Positions 1-6,751 of a DNA stretch of 32,000 nt are shown here, one piece after another (position 1 is the first letter of the stretch; each line of letters begins with the position of its first letter). Source of the stretch: an uncultured archaeon. GTDB taxonomy: Archaea > Asgardarchaeota > Thorarchaeia > Thorarchaeales > Thorarchaeaceae. The stretch covers positions 39,361 to 71,360 of the forward strand of contig CAYHAA010000014.1 of the NCBI GenBank assembly GCA_964354495.1, in the 5' to 3' direction. Position numbers and translations under genes: made by a program. The notes beneath the pieces were generated by a model. That model was given only the letters and a program-made list of their open reading frames with translations, did not search any database and was not told where the DNA came from.

Positions 1-2
1 GC

Positions 3-1001
3 CATGCGATTCACTTCTATGCTCTTGCTGCTCCCGACTTCGTCTTTGGTCCCTTTGCTGATCCAGCAGTAAGAAATGTTGCAGCTGTCTTGAAGTATTT
101 GCCTAATGTAGCAGTACAAGCCATCAAGCTAATGGAGTTCGGTCAAGAACTCATTAAGACTGTTGGAGCCAAGGCAATCCACCCAACAACAGCCATCCCC
201 GGTGGTCAACTGACTCCTATGAAGGAGGAGGACCGTGATTACTGGCTTGGCAAAGTTCCTGAGATGCTTGAGAATGTCAATAAGACAGTAGAACTGGCAA
301 AGACTGTTGTCAACGCCTACATTGACGTTGTGACCAAGATCGCTGTTGTCCCGACATACTACATTGGACTGGCGAACAAAGGCGCTCTGGACATCTATGA
401 TGGAACAGTTCGTGTCATGGACCCGAAGGGCAAGATTGTCGCTGACTTCGAGCCCAAAGACTACACCAAGTACTACGGAGAGCACGTATCAGAGCATAGC
501 TATGCAACTCATATCTACTACAAGCCTGCAGGATACCCTGAAGGCATCTGGAGAGCCAACACTCTTGCACGATGCAATGTCGCAGACAAGATGGCAACTC
601 CCCTTGCTGATACGGCACTGAAGGAGATGAGAGGACTTATCGGAAGACCTTCGCACCACACCTTTGCGTATCACTATGCGCGAATAGTGGAGCTGGTGCA
701 AGCTGCTGAGTCGATCAAGAAGCTATTGGAAGACCCAGAGATTGTGAGCACCGATGTGAAGCTCTCAGATGTTGAACCGAAGGCCGGTGATGGTGTTGGC
801 ATTGTAGAGGCTCCACGAGGGACTCTTCTGCATAACTATGTGAGTGATGACAAGGGTATGCTTGTGAAGGCGAACCTTATCGTAGCTACAAACAACAACA
901 TCGCAGGTATTGAGAAGAGCCTCATGGTGGCTGCAAAGCAGATCTTTGAGGACAAGGCTCACGAGAGTCTGAAACTACCTGACCCAATGGTGAAGACCTA
1001 G
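3..1001 (+). CDS. vhuA: Group 3c [NiFe] hydrogenase large subunit (MvhA/VhuA type), 5'-truncated by the window edge; lacks the C-terminal DPCxxC motif
   Basis: The frame is open from base 3 (HAIHFYALAAPDFVFGPFADPAVRNV), upstream of the track start at 90. It carries typical large-subunit motifs (GAKAIHP, YHYARIVE, GVGIVEAPRGTLLHNY, ANLIVATNNN) and ends at TAG 999-1001 with no CxxC. Confidence 0.9.
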   Translation, partial: HAIHFYALAAPDFVFGPFADPAVRNVAAVLKYLPNVAVQAIKLMEFGQELIKTVGAKAIHPTTAIPGGQLTPMKEEDRDYWLGKVPEMLENVNKTVELAKTVVNAYIDVVTKIAVVPTYYIGLANKGALDIYDGTVRVMDPKGKIVADFEPKDYTKYYGEHVSEHSYATHIYYKPAGYPEGIWRANTLARCNVADKMATPLADTALKEMRGLIGRPSHHTFAYHYARIVELVQAAESIKKLLEDPEIVSTDVKLSDVEPKAGDGVGIVEAPRGTLLHNYVSDDKGMLVKANLIVATNNNIAGIEKSLMVAAKQIFEDKAHESLKLPDPMVKT

Positions 1002-1052
1002 AAAATGACCATACCTCAGGATTATAAAGCGGAGAAGGAAATGTGAAATATA

Positions 1053-1205
1053 GTGTCAGAAGAAATCCCTGAAGGAGTACTGAACCTCCTGGAAATGGTG
1101 GTTCGGTGCTATGACTGCTGACTATCATGCGGCGCTCATCTGGTCGTCGTCGACGATGAGGGTCGCGAGATAGTCAGGAAGGAGCTTGTGACCGGCGGCG
1201 GATGA
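1053..1205 (+). CDS. vhuU: VhuU-type selenocysteine-containing small hydrogenase subunit, 50 aa, UGA=Sec at 1119-1121
   Basis: Manual translation from GTG 1053: MSEEIPEGVLNLLEMVVRCYDC(U)LSCGAHLVVVDDEGREIVRKELVTGGG*. It supplies the LNLLEMxxRxYDxULSCxxH segment missing from the upstream large subunit. The UGA falls exactly on the first Ni-ligating Cys position. A GTGA SD-like element lies 6 nt upstream. Confidence 0.88.
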
Positions 1206-1290
1206 AGGCACGGCCCCAAAATCATGGGCCGAGTCTAACACACCCTGCAAAGGTGCGCTGGTCGCACTCCTTCCATCCTTTGTCCTTTTC
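1143..1290 (+). repeat. Copy 1 of a degenerate direct repeat (vhuU 3' end plus 3' UTR)
   Basis: cttgtgaccggcggcggatgaag (1185-1207) and tccttccatcct (1268-1279) recur 1168 nt downstream. Confidence 0.8.
1198..1248 (+). promoter_or_regulatory. Candidate SECIS hairpin overlapping the vhuU stop codon
   Basis: ATGA (1202-1205) is followed by an 11-position helix, AGGCACGGCCC (1206-1216) / GGGCCGAGTCT (1226-1236), with 10 pairs and one A.A mismatch. The loop CAAAATCAT contains an A-run 12 nt after the UGA. The 3' core reads AA rather than the canonical GA. Confidence 0.5.
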
Positions 1291-1369
1291 CAGAGAGTTC
1301 TCAGCCATTATCCCCTATTTCCGTCTAGATTAATAGTAAGCTCGCGGCTAGATACCGACAGCATCAAGG

Positions 1370-2272
1370 GTGATAGGATTGGATGCTATCGACAAGCAAC
1401 TCTGGATAGAACTAGGTCGGAATTGCCGGCACTCCTACAGGTATCTAGCTGACAAGATTGGGATTAGTTCAAATGCAGTCATGCAACGTGTTGCGAAGTT
1501 GCTGGAAACCGGTGTCATTCGGAAGTGGTATCTGGCATTCCGTCCTGCAATGATTGATGCCCAGTTCGCCTTCATCGAAGTGAAAACGGATGGAAGCCAA
1601 GACGAAGACGGGCTCCTCAAGACCCTTGGCACCAATCCAATGATCTTTTGTCTTCTTCCCTTAACGACTGGAGACTTTGCCCTGCATGCGTTCTACATAG
1701 GCGCCGCCTCTTTGCTTGAATTGACGTCTTTCATTCGTTCCGTGGATGGCGTCATTGATGTCAAAGTGCATCCGACAACAGCCAATGCTGGGAGGAAGAT
1801 GAAGTTGGGACCATTGCACCTGCGGATCCTTCCATGGCTAGCAAGAGACCCGAGGGCGAGCATCTCTGATATTGCTAGGGATTCAGGGCTCACAGCTCGG
1901 AGAGTCAAAAGGCTGGTCGATGAGCTTGTCGAGAGTGATGCGTTTGACTTCTCTTTCGTCTGGAATCCAAACGCTGGAGAAGGTATGGCGTTTATTTCTA
2001 GACTGACATACGATTCCAAGGTAACTCAGCCTGAGGCTATTGACAGAGAGATACGAGAAGTATATCCATTGGAGTACTTCTACTCCCATGTCTCTGCTGT
2101 AGAACCGGTGATTTTCAGTGTATTCATGGTGGATCACCTGTTTGCCATCCAGAACATATCGCGACGACTAAGAAGACTCACTGGCGTTTTGGCACTGAAC
2201 ACGATGATTTACTATTCGGCCACTGTCCTTGATGGCCTTACTCGTGTCAGAATGATGGAGCTACTGTCATAG
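1370..2272 (+). CDS. Lrp/AsnC-family transcriptional regulator with two tandem HTH-RAM units
   Basis: Two AsnC-type HTH motifs, LDAIDKQLWIELGRNCRHSYRYLADKIGISSNAVMQRVAKL and LRILPWLARDPRASISDIARDSGLTARRVKRLVDEL, each followed by a ferredoxin-like ligand-binding segment. Confidence 0.85.
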   Translation: MIGLDAIDKQLWIELGRNCRHSYRYLADKIGISSNAVMQRVAKLLETGVIRKWYLAFRPAMIDAQFAFIEVKTDGSQDEDGLLKTLGTNPMIFCLLPLTTGDFALHAFYIGAASLLELTSFIRSVDGVIDVKVHPTTANAGRKMKLGPLHLRILPWLARDPRASISDIARDSGLTARRVKRLVDELVESDAFDFSFVWNPNAGEGMAFISRLTYDSKVTQPEAIDREIREVYPLEYFYSHVSAVEPVIFSVFMVDHLFAIQNISRRLRRLTGVLALNTMIYYSATVLDGLTRVRMMELLS

Positions 2273-2310
2273 CTGTGAGTGCTTCGAGCTTGAGTCTTCC
2301 TGATGAAGCG

Positions 2311-2460
2311 GTCTTTGTCCATGAAGAGGACCCTGTGATGGTTGAGAATTGACTTGTGACTGGCGGCGGATAAAGACCTGCACGGAAATGGACTGACCGG
2401 ACTAGACCATCCTACAAGCGTGCGCCTGTCACAAATCCTTCCATCCTACTCTCTCCTTCT
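2311..2460 (+). repeat. Copy 2 (decayed) of the vhuU 3' end plus UTR repeat
   Basis: cttgtgactggcggcggataaag (2353-2375) matches copy 1 at 21/23 and tccttccatcct (2436-2447) at 12/12. It translates VFVHEEDPVMVEN*LVTGGG*, codon-aligned with VhuU VVVDDEGREIVRKELVTGGG*. Confidence 0.8.
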
Positions 2461-2673
2461 TGAAATGAGCTCTGTCGAGAATAGCTGGTCCCAATCCTGG
2501 GCGGCGCAATGCATAGTGCCTTAAGCAGACTCCCGCATTTCAGAGGCAAGGCATAGCAACTGTACAGCTTTTCTCAGACTGGTCTTATTGAGGACTAGCA
2601 ATCTTCCTGTAGCGCCACATGAGGACTATCCTAGTTTTATTTGCCCTGAATTCGCATAAGCGAGTGATACATA

Positions 2674-3069
2674 ATGAGTGAAAATAAGAGAGAGCCCATT
2701 GAGGCCACAATAGCCGAGCTTAAGCCCGGAATGAAAAGTGTCAACATCACCTTCAAGGTCATGAGCACCAGTGAAGAACGCGAAGTCGAATCCCGTAGGG
2801 ATAACGAGACATACCACGTGGTGGATGCCGTAGTAGGCGACTCAACGGCAACTGTTATGATGCCTGTTTGGAATGAGGCTATCAAATCTGTAAAAGAAGA
2901 CGAGACCTACACGCTTACGAATGGATACACAGGTCTCTTCAAGGGTAGTTTACGACTCCACATGGGGAAATTCGGTACGATCGCTGCGGCTGCAAAGCCA
3001 ATAACCAAAGTCAATGAACAACTTGACATGTCCGCAAAAGATTACAGTGGCGGCCCAAGAAGTCTTTAG
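2674..3069 (+). CDS. Single OB-fold ssDNA-binding protein (Sulfolobus SSB/RPA-like), short-tailed paralogue
   Basis: IAELKPGMKSVNITFKV...DAVVGDSTATVMMPVWN...YTGLFKGSLRLHMGK matches the crenarchaeal SSB OB-fold pattern. It is a close paralogue of 13544-14149. Confidence 0.8.
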   Translation: MSENKREPIEATIAELKPGMKSVNITFKVMSTSEEREVESRRDNETYHVVDAVVGDSTATVMMPVWNEAIKSVKEDETYTLTNGYTGLFKGSLRLHMGKFGTIAAAAKPITKVNEQLDMSAKDYSGGPRSL

Positions 3070-3355
3070 TTCTTTCTGGGTCGACATTCGACGCAACAAT
3101 TACAAGCGGCATCAGAGCTACAATCATGTTCAATCATTGGACATGGATAGGCTGCCCCTGGCGGCCAATCTGTTGCCCGCTCATTCTTTTTTCATATCTC
3201 AGATCCCTACACCTGATCCGACCGCCATGTAGAATGCTATCTATCGAGGATATACAGAGAAGCTGGTGGGTGTCCGATCATTCCGATGGGTGCATGCTTT
3301 GGAGCTGCGGTACCAAGAAGTAAACCCGCCTAATTTGAGAGTGTCTTCCGATTGT

Positions 3356-3937
3356 CTATTCTGATTTGAGAATTCCTCTAAGAATGACATCGGTCATTTC
3401 AGCAAGAGTGCCCCACCGCTTGCAATTGACCTCGCCTATGAACCAATTGAACATGATATTTGCGAAGATAGTACCAATGAGAGCTCTTACAAGAACCGGC
3501 TCTCTGATATTCCGCATACCCGACTTCACTGCAAAAACATGTTTCATGAATCTTGAATCCATGGGAAAGTTAGTTCTAATTGCTGCAGGAATATGTTTTC
3601 CATCCATTTCAACGAGCTCTACGAAAAAAAGGTTGAGCAGCCCGGGGTCCTTCTGAAGTTCCTTGTTGAGCTGAATGATAGCATTTGTGAGGAGCTCCTC
3701 TGGTGTTTCTCCGTTGACTCCATCGAGAATCTCAAGTATTCTGAACATCGGATGCTTCTCGATAAAGACGGCCTCGAAGATCTCTTCCTTTCCGCGAAAA
3801 TGATTGTATATCGATCCCGCCTTGATGCCCGCCTCTGCTGCGATATCTCTCATGGAGGTGCCTCGAAATCCCCTCTCTCTGAATAGCTTGTAGGCAGATT
3901 CGAGAATGCGTTTCTCAGTTGTAGTATCGGTCTCCAA
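3356..3937 (-). CDS. TetR/AcrR-family transcriptional regulator
   Basis: N-terminal ILESAYKLFRERGFRGTSMRDIAAEAGIKAGSIYNHFRGKEEIF is the TetR HTH. Confidence 0.92.
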   Translation of the reverse strand: METDTTTEKRILESAYKLFRERGFRGTSMRDIAAEAGIKAGSIYNHFRGKEEIFEAVFIEKHPMFRILEILDGVNGETPEELLTNAIIQLNKELQKDPGLLNLFFVELVEMDGKHIPAAIRTNFPMDSRFMKHVFAVKSGMRNIREPVLVRALIGTIFANIMFNWFIGEVNCKRWGTLAEMTDVILRGILKSE

Positions 3938-3976
3938 AGAATCACAACCTATTTATGCCCACATTGAATTGCCGTG

Positions 3977-4001
3977 CTAACAAACGTTAGTTCATATAAC
4001 T
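3977..4001. promoter_or_regulatory. Candidate TetR operator (overlapping inverted repeats) in the divergent promoter
   Basis: CTAAC-aaac-GTTAG (3977-3990) and AGTT-catat-AACT (3989-4001) lie between the divergent tetR and methyltransferase starts. The repeats are short and could arise by chance. Confidence 0.3.
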
Positions 4002-4007
4002 CATCCG

Positions 4008-4706
4008 GTGAATGCAATGCTCTTACTCCAGTTCGAACCCAATGACTTCTTGTTTCCGGGAGTACACTGGATGGTTGAGATCTTGCTCCTCTTCTTCTTG
4101 TTTGTTTTCTTATGGGTGTGCGTATGTGTCAGAACAATCCGGTACTTCTGGAAATTCCCTATGCCTGCCATCATGGGAAACGCCATAGCTGCTGGATTCT
4201 ATAGGAATAGGGTGCAGCCTCCTAGTATGATATTAGAAGCCATCAGAGCTAGACCTGGAATGATAGTTGTAGAAATCGGCTGTGGGTCAGGTCTTTACAC
4301 TATAGAAGTAGCTAAAGCCATACAACCTAGTGGATTAGTCTACGCAGTGGATATTCAACAAGGCATGCTAGATAGACTACAAGCCCGAATGGAACAGGAG
4401 AATGTGAATAACATAGTCCCAATTCTGGCAGATGCCGAAGGTCAAATTCCACTCGAGGATAAGATTGCTGATGCCGTCTTTTCAGTCACGGTTCTCCCTG
4501 AGATTCCTAGTCCCGTAAAAGCACTGCTTCAGATCAAACGAATTATGAAAGATGATGCAGTCTTCGCTGATGCGGAGCTCTTCATGGACCCTGACTATCC
4601 GATGCCTCGTACGGTCGCGGCTTGGGCTCAAGAAGCTGGGCTTGCAAGAATGAGAAGGACTGGCAATCGTATTAGATATGTGCTCGTGTTTCGTAAGGCC
4701 GAATGA
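4008..4706 (+). CDS. Class I SAM-dependent methyltransferase with an N-terminal hydrophobic segment (start uncertain, possibly ATG 4069)
   Basis: Motif I VVEIGCGSGLYT, motif II VYAVDIQQGML, then ADAEGQIPLEDKIADAVF. Confidence 0.85.
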   Translation: MNAMLLLQFEPNDFLFPGVHWMVEILLLFFLFVFLWVCVCVRTIRYFWKFPMPAIMGNAIAAGFYRNRVQPPSMILEAIRARPGMIVVEIGCGSGLYTIEVAKAIQPSGLVYAVDIQQGMLDRLQARMEQENVNNIVPILADAEGQIPLEDKIADAVFSVTVLPEIPSPVKALLQIKRIMKDDAVFADAELFMDPDYPMPRTVAAWAQEAGLARMRRTGNRIRYVLVFRKAE

Positions 4707-4862
4707 ACCTGCCCTGCACATCCATATGCACTCACTCAGGCCATGCATAATGGCTCATGTTCTTCTTTCAGGCCTGATTGGGGTATTGAGAAATGGCGTA
4801 GCTCTTAAGAGTGAAAGTGTTGATGAATAGAGGTCTGTCTGTCAGATCAGGAGTGATATCTG

Positions 4863-6326
4863 ATGGTGCTGATGAACGGAAATGACTATGTCGAGAGCCT
4901 GAGGAGACGAGGCCCTCTCAAGATTTACCTCCTTGGTGAGAAGATTGAGAACGCAGTCGACCATCCCATAATTCGAGCTTCGATCAATTCGGTCGCTCTG
5001 ACATACGATCTTGCGCATGATCCCGAACACCGTGACCTGATGACTGCGAAATCGAGACTCACCGGGAAAACGATCAATAGGTTCTGTCACCTGCATAGTA
5101 GCGTTGAAGACCTTCAGAAGAAGGTCAAGATGCAGCGTCTGTTGGGTCAAAGATGCGGAACTTGTTTCCAACGCTGCGTGGGAATGGATGCTTTGAATGC
5201 AGTCTTTCTGACGACATACGAAATCGACAAGAAGACAGGAACAGACTATCATCAAAGATTCATACGGTATGCAAAGGAAGCTGAAGCCAAGGATTGGGTG
5301 ATTGATGGATGTATGACTGACCCAAAGGGAGACCGCAGTAAGCGTCCTTCGGAGCAGAGAGACAAAGATGTGTACGTTCACATAGCAGAAGGAACCGATG
5401 ATGGCGTTGTGATGAGGGGCGCCAAGGTTCATCAGACAGGCGCAGTCAATTCTCACGAACACCTCATCATGCCAACACTAGCAATGCGAAATGACGAGAA
5501 GGACTATGCGATTTGTTGTGCAATACCTGCTGATGCAGAGGGTATCACTTACTTCTATGGAAGGCAGTCCAGCGACCTTCGACGGCTTGATGAAAGCACC
5601 GAAGGTGATATTGACTGCGGCAATCCTGTCTACGGCGGTCAGGAGTGCCTTGTTGTCTTCGACGATGTGTTTGTCCCAAACGAGCGAATCTTCATGAATG
5701 GAGAGAACGAGTTCTGCGGTCGCCTAGTTGATTCTTTTGCTGCCTACCACAGGCAAAGCTATGGTGGCTGCAAAGTCGGCGTCGGGGATGTTCTCATTGG
5801 TGCTGCCGCCACTATTGCTGAATACAACGGTGTATCAAAGGCCTCTCATATACAGGACAAGCTTGTAGAGATGACACACCTCAACGAAACACTATATTCG
5901 TGTGGGATAGCCTGTTCAGCTGCCGGAGCTCAAACACCAGCAGGGAACTACTTGGTTGATATTCTCCTAGCGAACATCTGCAAACAGAACGTGACTAGAT
6001 TCCCCTATGAGATTGCCCGACTCCTACAGGATATTGCAGGAGGCCTTTTTGTCACGTGCCCGAGCGCTAAGGAACTCCGCAATCCCGAAACACGAGAGAT
6101 CATTGAGAAGTACTTGGTCGGGGTTGATGATGTCAGCGCGACAGATCGAATCAAGATGTTGAGGCTGATAGAGAATCTCACACTAGGTAGAGCTGCAGTC
6201 GGCTACCTTGCTGAATCGATGCATGGCGCGGGTTCTCCACAAGCACAGAGAATCATGATTGGTCGCCTAAGTAATATTGAGGAGAAGAAGAAACTGGCCA
6301 GGTCCCTCGCCAATATTCGTTGTTAG
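4863..6326 (+). CDS. abfD: 4-hydroxybutyryl-CoA dehydratase / vinylacetyl-CoA isomerase (FAD, [4Fe-4S])
   Basis: Fe-S ligand motifs TCFQRCVGMD and HRQSYGGCK, plus GCMTDPKGDR and ESMHGAGSPQAQ. A GGAGTGA SD lies upstream. Confidence 0.9.
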   Translation: MVLMNGNDYVESLRRRGPLKIYLLGEKIENAVDHPIIRASINSVALTYDLAHDPEHRDLMTAKSRLTGKTINRFCHLHSSVEDLQKKVKMQRLLGQRCGTCFQRCVGMDALNAVFLTTYEIDKKTGTDYHQRFIRYAKEAEAKDWVIDGCMTDPKGDRSKRPSEQRDKDVYVHIAEGTDDGVVMRGAKVHQTGAVNSHEHLIMPTLAMRNDEKDYAICCAIPADAEGITYFYGRQSSDLRRLDESTEGDIDCGNPVYGGQECLVVFDDVFVPNERIFMNGENEFCGRLVDSFAAYHRQSYGGCKVGVGDVLIGAAATIAEYNGVSKASHIQDKLVEMTHLNETLYSCGIACSAAGAQTPAGNYLVDILLANICKQNVTRFPYEIARLLQDIAGGLFVTCPSAKELRNPETREIIEKYLVGVDDVSATDRIKMLRLIENLTLGRAAVGYLAESMHGAGSPQAQRIMIGRLSNIEEKKKLARSLANIRC

Positions 6327-6367
6327 GGATATTGCATACTCGTAGGGATCTATGTTCAGAAAAAGCC

Positions 6368-6513
6368 ATGAGGAACACCCCGAGGGGTGTTCGACCTGGT
6401 GTGCTATAGCGCTGGACTTATGAGAGCCTAGCGTACCACCATGTTCGCAGTGCGCGTGTAGAGGTACGCATTACCGAACTCCCGAAGCATAGCTTCGGTG
6501 TTCCAAGACTCAT
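6368..6513 (+). ncRNA. Candidate structured RNA: four hairpins closed by ATGAG/CTCAT
   Basis: Hairpins are GAACACCC-cgag-GGGTGTTC (6373-6392), TGGTGTGCTA/TAGCGTACCA (6397-6438), GTGCG..TGT-agag-GTA-CGCAT (6450-6471) and GAAC..CCGAAGC-ata-GCTTCGG..GTTC (6476-6503). G-U wobbles in two stems favour the + strand. No family recognised. Confidence 0.5.
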
Positions 6514-6751
6514 TTGAAATGCGCTTTCTGAATATGTTCATTACCATTTTTGTCACCTTCACGCAACATGCGACTTAGTTTGCTCGTCACATCTGTTACG
6601 TCTGCTAAGTTTAGCAATTACACTTGTTTATAAACTTATCTAAGCGGAAGTGTAACAACACAACCAACATCGGAATAGAAATGCATAATAAGCACCTCGT
6701 CTAATGGACCATATCCAGAGTATGCACTTATTGACTGCTCGAGGTCATTGA

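Noticed and set aside
999-1001. Pyrrolysine read-through of the vhuA TAG to make one continuous large subunit
   Set aside because: A second in-frame stop (TGA 1044-1046) follows, the linker has no hydrogenase similarity, and vhuU has its own SD-like element and GTG start.
922-1128. Track ORF of 68 aa on the minus strand
   Set aside because: It is an antisense shadow of the vhuA end and vhuU, with no recognisable motifs.
3070-3355. Short ORFs 3014-3232 and 3126-3323 and C/D-box-like words in this spacer
   Set aside because: There are no protein motifs, and the box matches are imperfect and expected by chance.
4842-5462. 206-aa antisense ORF, and similar long antisense ORFs such as 24105-24710 and 20833-21333
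   Set aside because: They lie wholly opposite well-supported genes and have no family features.
4863-6326. abfD as evidence of autotrophic carbon fixation
   Set aside because: The enzyme also serves fermentation, and no other cycle genes are in the window.
6397-6441. tRNA-like hints (ACCACCA on +, CTCATAA anticodon-like loop on -)
   Set aside because: There is no anticodon stem, D-arm or TTC T-loop, so a cloverleaf with tRNA geometry cannot be built.
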